Shown here piece by piece: positions 52,666-64,000 of a stretch of 64,000 nucleotides of DNA (the first letter of the stretch is position 1; each line of letters begins with the position of its first letter). Origin of the DNA: Octopus vulgaris (taxonomy: Eukaryota); assembly GCA_951406725.2 (NCBI GenBank), contig OX597819.1, positions 81,282,001 to 81,346,000 of the forward strand, read 5' to 3'. The notes under the pieces were generated by a model. That model was not told the DNA's origin. It was given only the letters and a program-made list of their open reading frames with translations, and did no database searches. The position numbers and the translations under genes are program-made.

Positions 52666-55600
52666 CCCTGCTACGAACCGGTGTTCCGTTTAGAGGAATA
52701 TTCTGATCTTCGTTACTTATGCGCCATGAGAATCGAGTAACCAGCCTTATAGGCCAAGGGCTCGAAAAAAAAGAGCAAAAACAAAACAAAAAATCTCAAC
52801 GGCTGCATTAGAATATGAACTCTCCACTTAGACGTCAGGTGTTCGCTGCCTTATGCAGTCTAGAGTAGAAGTTCTCAGAACCCAATATACTAAAACCACA
52901 GTTCATGTCACAAAAGCAGTGAATGAAAAAAGTACATTCCTTTTTATCGTGTCATCATTGCTGTTTAAGAAATAATTCCAAAAGACGACAACAAATAAAC
53001 ATTCGAAATATTTCCTTCGGCGAGAATCATGCAATATAACAAAGATTATTTATGTAAATAGTTGCAGAAACTTTGTTAATAGTTTAACTTCCGTATTTAT
53101 AAGATATTTTTTTCTATATTTTAAAAATTTCTTTCTCCTTTTTACTTGTATATCGTTCTTGCATCCTTAGTCTGTGGCGTGTGCAACAGAAGCTGTTATG
53201 AGTAGAATCCCATGTCATAACAAAGGGTTATAGAAACTTCTGTACACTATTGCATTTGGTGAAACCGGAGTTTTTGTTGTGCTGAATGTCATATTTAAAT
53301 TACCTTGATTATACAAAACGCAACGTTAAATCGTTAAAGACTACGTTACAAACATTACTTAGCTGTTACACCAGTTAGAGCCTTCGGCATTTAACACTAC
53401 ATGCCGAGAATTTTGATTCCTATTTAGATGGGCAATGTAAACAAAATATTTACAATTTCTTTCAGGAAAAATGAAAATGTTGTAGAATTTATTTATTTTT
53501 AAACGGGAAAAGAAAATACAGAATAATATGCCTCTGAAATCTAACCAACTGTTATTTAAAAAGATAAATAGGTGAACATAAGTGTAAAACTTATAAAATA
53601 AAGCATTATTCCAGCTTTACTATAAACCTTCCATTATATTGACAAACGTCCTTAGTTATTATTCTTGTCCTTAGTTATGTTATTATTTTCATTCAGTTGG
53701 TTCAAAAGTTTCGGTTGTAAATACAAGAACACGAATTCAAATTTATCTGAATTGATACCGCAACATCAAAAGCACAAAACATACTGATTTTATACGAAAA
53801 CAAGAGGTTTCGTGAGATGATAGTGACCAAAGTTACACATATAGAAGAGACTAATTGTTCTCTTTCACCAGGTAAAATGGTCTAGAGCAAGTTAAATGTT
53901 TCTTCCATGCACTTTACTTAGTTCTGGTGGTCCTCAAAGCTCTAGTCGTTAAACTGAAAAAGCTCAGTTCATTTGACAGTCTTCAAGTATTATAATCCTT
54001 TCTACTATAGACATAACGCCTGAAATTTTGGTGGGAGGGGGTAAATCAATTACACCAGCCGTAGTGCTCAACTATTACTTATTTCAATGGCCCTAAAAGA
54101 GATGAAAGATAAATTAATCTCGGTGAAGTTTGAAATTAGAACGTTATAGACATACGAAATGCCACTAAGCATTTTGTCCGGCGTGCTAACGATTTAGTCA
54201 GATTGCCACCTTTTCAAGTCTTATAATCAAGATGGCAGAAGTAATGATGTGTAACGTAAGGTTATATCAGCTGGATGTTGTGACGTGAGTACTTAAAAAC
54301 TACAAACTTATTCTGTAAAAAGTACTGTTACATGAATTAGTTTTTTTATGTTTTTGTAATAGAAATATCTTGATTAAACCTGCTTCCTTAGACTGAATAA
54401 AATTCGTAACATCAGATAAATTTCGTCTTCTATAAAGAAAGGTTCCTTGCTCAGAGAAATTTAAGGTTTGTTGGAGGGTTTTGAATGGACAGTGTTGAAA
54501 GACTTTTTAGACGAAGAAGATTATCACTAACCTTCTTTCTAATTTGCTGGTTTGTTTTTTAATAATCTGGCTAAAGACATTTGAGTTGGTGAATTGGTAA
54601 AGTCATTAGAGGGTCGGGTAAAATACATTGAGATCTCTCTTCCTTCTGAGTGCAAATCGCGCCAAGCTCAACTTTGCAGCTCATTGTGGTCATTCCTCTT
54701 TATTCACACTGAGTCAAAATTTTCTTTTGTAAAAAGTTAAAAAAATAAAACACCCGAAGAAGGTAAAGGGAAGCCACCTTTGTATTCTCCCAGGAAAATT
54801 TCATGTCCTGCACGTAACACTTGTCAAGTAAACATCAAGTGCTGGTTATCAACCTCATAGCATAACTTTCCTTTACTAGCATGTGTACTACATTCTATAA
54901 GCAAAATATTCCAAAGAAAACTCTACAGTGAATCCGCAAAATGCTTCTTTAATTTCCCATGTAAGACGACGTTGACATTTCTAAAGGAACGAAATAATAT
55001 ATAACATTCATGCCTTTCTGAAGTTGCATTAGTAAAGTGAGGATTGAAATTGAGGATTGAAATTGTCATAGAGGAGCTTTATTCTCTGTCAAAATGAAAA
55101 GTATATTAATAATACTCCTTAAATAAGTTGTTTAATTAATTATTTGATGAAAACTAGAAAACTGTTTTGTTCAATTTGAGTCCGCAATCCCATCTTGAAT
55201 CTCCAAAGAAGGTGTTTTGTTTCAATCGCACTGCCATTCCACTTTTCCTTCTTGTAAAAACTTCTTTTTAAACTTCTATTAACTTTTATGCACCACATTG
55301 CCACTTAGATTTCATTGCATGTATTACACTTGCTAACTGTTTGAAACCGTATAAAAATTATTGATGTAATGATCTAAAATTCAGACGTAGAAACTTTATG
55401 CGAAGCAAGTTTAGAAAATGTTGCGAACTTTTAATAATAAAAGAGAGGGAATAGATTCAACGAGACAAAGACTCAGTAAATTTATGTATTGTCATCTTCG
55501 AACTTTAAAATGAAGCTTCTTACTATTAACTTTGGATAGAAAGGTATGGTTTTCGTAATGTGTGACAAGTATTTCAAGGAAGTTTCAAATTTAAGTATCA

Positions 55601-58264
55601 ATATTAAAATATATTAATATATAAAATATTAAAAAAAAAATATTGAAATAATATATAAAGCAAATTCTATTTTATGAAATAAACAAATACAACTATAAAC
55701 GAGGCAAAACAACAGACTGATATAGACATAAGAATTCTTGAAAATGTTGTAAACATTTACTGACAGTTTAAGCAATGTAAATTTGTCTGCTTGCTAATGA
55801 GTGCCATATGTAAACGACATGTGTAAAGAAGTGTTCTCACTATGTGTGTAGCTTTCGTTGATGTTTGCTGGTTGAGTCATACATTTGAGTTATATATTTT
55901 CTCTTCTCTAAATTTATATTTGCTTTTTCACTTCCTCTAGCCACATCACTAGTAGTTATCCTTTCTGAATTCATCTTCCTACGGCAGCCATTTTCGTAGT
56001 AATATAAGGTATTTTCTATCTGTAGGGCACTTCAACATAGCTTGCTTTTCTACGAGTATACGTCATGTGAATCGTCAGTGTGTCTGTGTATTGAGTTTTG
56101 CTAGAAAAGAAGGATAGAAGGAATTTTTCATGTAGTTGAATTTCAAACACCATGCGCTTGTATGTGACTGGAATAATTTCAGCTTATTTCTGTTATCTGC
56201 ACATTCCACCTTTTAGAGGTGGTAGTTTAAATTTCTTTTTCTCTTGTTGGAGTTCCTTTTTCCCCTTCTATTCCAGATATATATTTTTCTTCTCTCCTCG
56301 ACACATTAAAGTGTTGTTGGAGTGCACACAACATTCTTTAATTTTGTTTAACTTATCAACACTTCATTGAAAGAGATATGTCTATTTACCTAATATCTTA
56401 AAAGCATTGATTGCATTTAAAAAGAAACTTATAAAATATTCTCTTTAAATATCTTAGAGATATAGGTTATTCATTTATTTCACTCAACTCTCTTTGTTTC
56501 GGATATTTTTCCCATAAAAACCATTCAATCCGATTACTTTATTCTTAAAACAAAATTCATAAATTTATAAATTTATAAAGATCGCTTAATATAAGTACAA
56601 AACTCCATATTACACACACCCTTCTGCTAGCGTTTAACACTAGCTAGATTATTTTAATGTTTGTAATCATTAAAGAGGCACGTTGATCACACAAAGACTC
56701 AATTAAAAAACATTGGCTGTCATTCCTATAAACATAAAACCTCATTTCGTGGATATAAAATCATTATGACTTATTGTAGAGGTGCAGAATAGTCAATTGA
56801 CTTAACCCCATGCTATTACAAGTTTTCTAATGGTGAGTTGCATATAGTAGTCTATATTCTATGGACAAGGTATTTTCATCAGCAATTGCAGTTACTTTTA
56901 ACTACTTTTATTGTTAAATTCCACGAAAAAGGCATACATCTCACAGAATCATTTTCCTTGAGACATATTACTAAAAACTCACTACAACTGACAGCTTATT
57001 CTAAATGGTAACATAGGGAAGAAATAACATGTATGTTTCATGATAGAAACAAGCAATTTGATTTTTAAGTGACATTGAGCTGGATAGATTTCCGAAGAAT
57101 ATATTTTGCAGAACCTTAAAAATGCATGGCCGCAGTCAAATTACTGAAACAAATAAAAGAATGAAAGAATAGTGGTTTCACTCATTATTGTTTTTACAAT
57201 ATTAAGGTCTAATATTTTAGTTTTATGAAGAGTGATGAAGGACTGGAAACAATATAAAGTAGAATTGGATATCCTACAGTATTTAGTTTCATCTGTCTAT
57301 GTTGAGTTAATAATTCCGTCGCAATAGACTGCGCCTCAATCCATCTCTCTGGGGTATATAAAATATGTACCCGACATGTACAACGTCGATTTAATCGATT
57401 GCTAAAAATGTATAATTTTATACCAATATGAGAAATCGTTATTATTTCAATCATTAGTTCGAAACACTTCCATTGCTGTCAAGAATATATATGTATAAGT
57501 ATGTATAATTGATGTATAAAAACGCGTATGGAAGCGAAACAATTTTACTAAACGGTTAGTCGTTAATAAGAGAACATGTAAAGTTAACAAAGTTTTTGTT
57601 TGTATCAAAGAAATCGAAGCGGAGAAAGGTTCCCTGCAGTTGTGTGTACCAGGCATTTCAAGGATCGCCAGATGCATAATACATGAGTCTCCGGTCACTT
57701 TAGCCAGGAACATTTTCTATTGATGCTGCTGCCAATGGCTGAGATGAATGACTAGTATCACCATGATACCTGAAGCGGTCAAACTAAAATGCAGAACTGA
57801 CAAGTAGCCTTTGGGGAGATTTCCAATGACGTATAATTGTCGAATGGATGATACTGAGAAAACCTAAACAGATGTATTGCAAATGAATATAGGGAAATCA
57901 CTTATAAAGTGACCAGCTAACGGCATGCATAGCAGAAACAAATACAGTTGTGTATACAACATACAGCCTCTCTCACATACACACACACATATATACACAC
58001 TCACAGATATACACGCTCTTACACATTCACACATAAACACTCACAAAACAATACTTACACAAATACACACACGCCATTAAAACCATTATAGCATTTGGAC
58101 ATGAGATAAAATGAAGGTTGATAGAATATATGATGATCAGAAATTTGTATCCGAACAAAGTATCCAAATCATATCAATAAAATCCATTTTATACTAATAA
58201 CAAAATATCGACAACAGACGCATACTCTCACCGCCATTTCTCTCTCTCTTTCTTTCTCTCTCTT

Positions 58265-58295
<31 letters not shown>

Positions 58296-58453
58296 TTCTC
58301 TCTTTTTCTCTCTCTTTCTCTCTCTCTCACACACACACGCTAGCGCATGTATAGTCTCATTTACATATACATACACACACACACTTATATATATGTGTAG
58401 GTATATGTGTGTGTGTGTATGTGTGTATATATACATAGCGTTCTTTTAATATA

Positions 58454-58580
58454 CAGGGTGATCAAAAGTCACCATACATAGGAAAAATTTATTTTTTTTA
58501 TAAGAAACAGTTAAATAAAAAAATGTTTCTTATAAAAAGAATAAATTGTTCTTATGTATGGCGACTTTTGAATCACCCTG
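58454..58580. mobile_element. Tc1/mariner-type palindromic MITE
   Basis: TA|CAGGGTGATCAAAAGTCACCATACATA ... TATGTATGGCGACTTTTGAATCACCCTG|TA. Confidence 0.9.
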
Positions 58581-59089
58581 TATAATTATACTCACTGAAT
58601 TGCTTATAGCCTTTAGAATGCAGCATAATCATCACTGAATAATATTCCCTCTCGCCATAATCCTCCCTATATAATACTTTATAAACTATCTGACATATGA
58701 TGATGGTTTGAACACAGCTAAAACATCTGAATTTTTTTGAAGCAATAAAACCTAAAATTTCATTCTGAATTTAGTTTAATTAACATGTTACTTTTATTGT
58801 TAATTTTGAGTATCATCATTCCTAGAAAGCCACACCTCAAACTCTGCAGCTTTCATTCATTCCGGTTAACTCATACTCACCGTCACCGTCCTTAAACCTC
58901 GATTGAAACCTTGATTCACTTCTTTGTTATTTCAACCTACCAGTCACACTTTCCTACTAGTCACGCTAAAATAACGATGGTGTTAGAGTAATTATAATTT
59001 TAAAGAAATTAAGGATACATTGTTCACGTATAGCAAGGAAAATAAATCAAAATACTTTCATATTCCATTATTTTGTGAATTTCGATTGT

Positions 59090-60900
59090 GCAAATCAAAA
59101 TCTATAACCTGGATAAAAGAACAGTTGGTTTCATATCATTTCTTCATAGATTTTCCTTTGTATTATTTTTGAGGAGACATTCAAATCTACCAGGTAGCGG
59201 ATCTCTGCAATATTACATGACTTTTATTCTCTGTCTCATACAGCAATATCTATCCTGTTGTGCTTACAATGAGTTGTTGTTTTCATTTTTTTTATTGCAA
59301 TGTTCCACTAGTACTCTATATTTAAAAGTGTGGATACATTCCGGTTCTGATGTGCGTTTAGCATGGCCATAGGGACAATCACTCTGCGTACATCATTGTA
59401 GACTTTTAACAACAATGCCATGTTTCGTAGAAAAGTGATAACTTGCTGACAGTTTTGAACAGCTGATGATGATATGGGTGATACCTTCCACACCGGTATG
59501 GTACAATCGACGTTTTTAAGAAAGCGTAGCAGTCTGGAGACATCTTTATCTCTCTTGTTGATCAACTATTTCGTAGCTGCCTCCTATTCCTGGCTAGCAA
59601 ATGCTTAGTTTTCTTGGTGCGATGTGATGTACTTAGCATAGATCCAGGAGAAACTATTGTTCCTGTCACTGTTGTTGGCATTCTCCAACTTGCAGGACAT
59701 TTACCCATGCATAATTTTCTGTTGGTATAATGAGTATTTCTCCTCCAAGTTCTTCAGTTTAAGTAAGCCAGTGCAAACACACTTGGTTCAGATGGAACAA
59801 TGGTAAACTCAGGGTACTTGTTTAGAAGTTCTCCGCCTAATGTAATGCTTACACTCGGTGTTTGGTGTACATGTAATGTATTCATTTCTCTTTTTGCTCT
59901 TCAGTGTATGTTGCCTATGCGATATGATACGGCACTCAAAGGCCACCAAGAAATATCTTATGTATCTTCATTCATCCTTCCGTTTAACTCAGATCCTGTC
60001 AGTGTCGCTATTGAAATAGAAGTTGATATCTTCCTAGTCCTTGTGTACAGGTGCAGATTTCTTCATGTATTTGTTGGCATTAGCATTCGCACCGCGAATG
60101 CATTGTTGGATGTGGTTTTATTGAATGCAGATAACTTTGACATTCATATCTTCCGAAGTCTATCGAAGTACTCATTTTTCGCTCTATTTTTACTAACAGC
60201 GCCAACATATGCAACATTTTCATTGATTCGAAGGTATTTGTAGCATTCGTTATTGGTGACAGAAATTAGTGAGTCATCGGCATCGATATTGTTTGCCTGG
60301 TCGACAATCTTTCCTCGTTTGACTACCAAACATGATCACTTATTCTAAACAAATTCTATTCCTATACCCCTCGAGAGTGTTGCGATTAGTTCTATTTGTC
60401 TCTTGGTATTATAAATATTACTCATGTATAGATTAAGATCACCAACATAAAAGGTGTGGGCGATATTAATTTTTTTGTTCATCTGCAGATTCTATCATGC
60501 AGCCTATGCATTTCCATGACAGGAGCAACAAGGGATTTTTGCTAGGACGAAAAGTATTATTTATAAGTTGCCACCCTGAAATATCCCTGTTGATAGCCTA
60601 ATTCTGATAATGACTGTAGCGGTAGCTTCAGTTCTTATCAATAGCTTTGTACACCACATTATTGCCAGTCTCTTAATAGCTAGTCTCTTAATATCTGTTA
60701 TAACTTTAACGAAACTTAGTGATTCTCTTACCCCTGTGTGAGGAACGAATTCACGTGCCTTCTAATAGTCTAGCAGGTTTCAGAAGGGCAAATTTGTTGG
60801 CGAAGAGCTGTTCGGCACAGCCCTAAGCTCCTTTCTATCCGCCTGCCTGCTCACCTACCACTATATTATGTGATTCATGTTGTATAATTCTGGAGAAATG
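59090..60900 (-). mobile_element. Second, more decayed R4/Dong-like LINE fragment
   Basis: VVKRGKIV..NECYKYLRINENVAYVG..KNEYFDRLRKI, D..TRKISTS..DTDRI..RKDE..IRYF, HCKHNR.DI. Confidence 0.75.
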
Positions 60901-61439
60901 CATTTAAACAACCTCTATATAATATATACATCATATTCAAGTTTACTAAGGGCCTGTAGCTTTAGTATATACGCGCCTCCTGTTTTTTTTCTTTTTTCCT
61001 ATTGGCGTTGAACGTGCAATTGCCTGCCAGCCAGTCTGGTACACCAAGTCCATTGTTCTTTTAGACAGGTTAACGTCGAACTAGAACCACTCTGTCTTGT
61101 TAATTGGGGATCACATTACACAATGGCTGTTGCCCTGCAAGTATCTGAAGATACCGTCACCTGGATGTTCGGGGCACTGTGTTATAGCTCCGGCGGCCCT
61201 AGCTCCTCTCGCGTATCCTAAGGATTACTCTCTGAGAAATGTGACACTCACGCTTTGGTTAGTGGAGGAGTAAAGAATTTTCTTATGTGACAACACAGAA
61301 TATTGTTTCGGCCAATTTCTAAGTAATTTTACACCTTCTGCTATCATAATTTAAATAAACAACTCACAGACAATATACAACTAAACAGTTTAAAACAAGT
61401 CATTTATTCACTTAATTCTTAAGCAAGCTAATGACTACT

Positions 61440-62625
61440 TCCAGATTGCTTCTTGTGAGACAGTACTATGAATCCAAATTCTAACAAAGAGGTTTTTTAG
61501 TTTTAATTGGTCCTCTGGGGTCTCACTGCTAATCTGTGTTCTCTACGAATCCTTGATTTGACAATGTGTTTTCACACCAGAATGTTGTAGTAAAAAACGA
61601 AATCATCGCCCGACATATGCGCCAAAGCGAGGGTATTTCACCACCTTTTTTCCAAATTCCAGTGAGGTTTTCTTTACTATCAAACTGATATTTCAGAACA
61701 TTATCTTTGGATAATGCAATCAGTTCCATTTGCAGCTCTCCTGTTGCTCGTGCCTTTGATACCTCAACTGAAGTTCAAAAGCTATTTTCAGTGTGAAATA
61801 ACTCTTTTCAAAGTCATTAAATTTTTCATTACCTTTTTTAACAAATAAGTCTGAAACTGATTAGTATTATTTTTATGAAATGGGAAAAGAGTTCTGAAAG
61901 TTGTACCTAAGCAAAAAGTAAATTCCAAAATTTTTGCCACATGTTATATATAGCCTTATTATTCCTTTTATTTTATTCATTTTGCTTCAACATTAAGTCG
62001 CATGCAAACAACATCTAGGTGAAAATTTGTATCTGATTCTTTCTTTTTTTTTTTTTTTTGGTTTTTGAAACAGGACAATTCTTTTCCCTTGTTAAGATAT
62101 AATTTAGATAATGCTTGTTCTTGCAATAACCAACAGAATTTCATTTGATAGGGTAAATTGACATCATCGCATCATCTATCATGAACATGTATCGAAACTG
62201 GCAATGCCTCATAATATTCGTTCGAATACTGTTCCCAGAACCGATAACTTTTTGCAAAATGTCATTCAAAATGACAGATTTGGCTCAGGTATTCTGCTGA
62301 TGCTTAAAACAACGAAAACAAACCAGTAGATTGGGATTTGAGAGTTCTCTTTTAAGATGTTCAATAAATCCTTCATTTTCTCCAGTCGTAGATGATGCGT
62401 CATCAATACAAACACACACCAAGACGGTGAAAACTCGATTACTTTAAAGTTGTTGAAAAGTCAATTCCCCACGTCTTCTCGTTTAGAGCGTCTATGGCAA
62501 TTCATGCAATTCTTTAAATACATAATAATCTCCAGTTACAACACAAACAAAATACAATACTGGAGATGAATCAATGGAATCTGTTGATTCATCTAAAGTT
62601 ATTGAGTTGATATACAGGTTTCTTC
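61440..62625 (-). pseudogene. Decayed hAT transposase (Charlie/SPIN/GTF2IRD2-like)
   Basis: TLDESTDSID, DDASSTTGENEGF, CFKHQQN, NSIRTNIMRHCQF, QMELIALSKDNVLKYQF..IW..FFTTTFWCEN. Confidence 0.75.
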
Positions 62626-62899
62626 TGGAATTGTCGTTGGAAGTTAGTCTCTTACATTGCAAGCAAATTCCTGTTGCTGGTCTGTTTATGATACATTTCT
62701 TGAACTGATTATTAGAATTTAAGTGTAAGTTGGTATGTTATGGAGTCGTGTAATACAGTCATTGTTCACAATGTTTGAATGTTTGATGAACATTTTCTAT
62801 TAATTCATTAGTGCTTGTCATAGAGCTGTATAGTCGATGTTTTCTTCTGTTCGGTTTGCAGACGCTGTTCTAGTCGTTGGTGTGAGTGTAAATTTGGTT

Positions 62900-63630
62900 G
62901 TGTTTGTTCTTGGTGTGATGTTTGTGGTATTGGTTATGTTTATGGTGATGACGTGTCTGCTGATGATAGTGGCGGACGTAGTGGAGTTCGTGTTGATGTT
63001 GCTGTAGGACGTGTTGCTTTTAGCTTTCTCCAGTCAGCATTTTGCATGTATGAATTTATTTCATGTTTTCTTTTCCTTTCTCTTCTTACGGGGACGGTTT
63101 TCCAATGTTCTTTCCCTTCACCTTCACCGCAAGACATATCGGAGGGATCCTAAACAGGAAAGGTATTTCCCTGTGGTATTGTGTTGGTGTTGTTGTGAGG
63201 AACTCTGTTGTTGATATTGTCGCTGGTGTATTTGGAACCTCTGCTTCTGTTGTTGCAGTCTCTGTGGCTGATGTTACTGGTATGTTTACCCGCTGCAGTT
63301 ATTGTGGGTGCTGTATTTGTGGTGTTGGCAAAAGTGGAGATCTTTTTTTCTTTCTTGATTCTTTGAGGACAGGGTAAAACTTCTGCATATGTAACATCTT
63401 GGCCTTCCCCACTCCTGTGTCATACATAGCTGAATGCCGTGCAGGAGGTCGATCAGGCCAAGTATGTTTTCATTGTTTTTCTTGATTTGCATGTATTGTC
63501 AGTTCCATAACTACTCCTGGTCAGCTTTGCTTTGGTATTTTCATCACCTCCAAGATTATTGTCTCCTACTTTCTATCGGACAAGATGTCCTTCACCAACA
63601 AGGCGATGGTTATTTCTGGCGACATATTTC
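62900..63630 (-). mobile_element. Possible LINE ORF1 remnant (knuckle-like GRPRCYIC followed by T/P/K-rich tail)
   Basis: ORF 63286-63492 GRPRCYICRSF and a low-complexity downstream region. Interrupted by stops. Confidence 0.3.
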
Positions 63631-64000
63631 TCAATGCTAAAACAGAGAAAAAAGGTTAGAAAATTTACTCGAGTATAGAACATTTAAGTTTTCTTTCGAG
63701 ACATTGTGATGCGGCTTTCGGAAGATGTTCACGTGAAATTTTACTTCATTTATTAACTGGAGTCTATTACAAAATAAAGATATATCTGCAAGTCAGTTCA
63801 GTGTACTAATTGTGGTATTCAGAGGCTAAACTTCAACGAGGGTTATTTCGATAATTTCCTATCCTAACCACCCCATCTCTATCTGATCTGGAGATTTTTC
63901 AACTCGAAATACCACTTTATGTAAAATGACGGGCTTTTGATTTCAGATACCAAAAATATAGGTATTTTCATGCTTGTGCATTTTTCTTTTTCAAAATTTA

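Noticed and set aside
54228-54262. AAGATGGCAG (YY1-like or start) followed by GTAAGG
   Set aside because: Short motifs expected by chance, directly beside a SINE, with no promoter context.
56036-56085. Minus-strand CTGACGA...GAAA...GCTA
   Set aside because: Stem II does not pair and helix III is out of register.
57630-57680. VCTRHF resembling a THAP-domain motif
   Set aside because: No upstream CxxxxC or W motifs and no downstream AVP box.

Overview
Repeat-dominated, AT-rich metazoan genomic DNA. The SINE families and the extreme (TA)n/(CA)n/(TATG)n/(TAA)n density suggest an octopus-like coleoid cephalopod, but that is inference. No intact protein-coding gene is supported, and nearly all ORF-track entries are microsatellite or antisense artefacts. 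Recognisable content: about 30 tRNA-derived SINE copies (often in arrays), decayed LINE fragments (RTE x2, CR1-like x3, R4/Dong-like x2), a Penelope-like element (PLE) thumb/GIY-YIG fragment, a non-autonomous Helitron, decayed piggyBac, mariner and hAT transposons, several MITEs, and one plausible signal-peptide exon. The standout signal is a set of short insertions, several unrelated in sequence, that sit in (TA)n microsatellites and carry minimal type-I hammerhead ribozyme (HHR) motifs (CUGANGA...GAAA-palindrome-GUH). These are at about 3.7-4.5, 7.5, 12.9, 13.2-13.6, 25.5-25.9, 33.7 and 48.0 kb. Several are head-to-head inverted repeats, so each ribozyme is preceded by its own antisense copy. 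The likely source is a (TA)n-targeting PLE or retrozyme-like system, and a candidate autonomous partner fragment lies at 7.5-8.5 kb.
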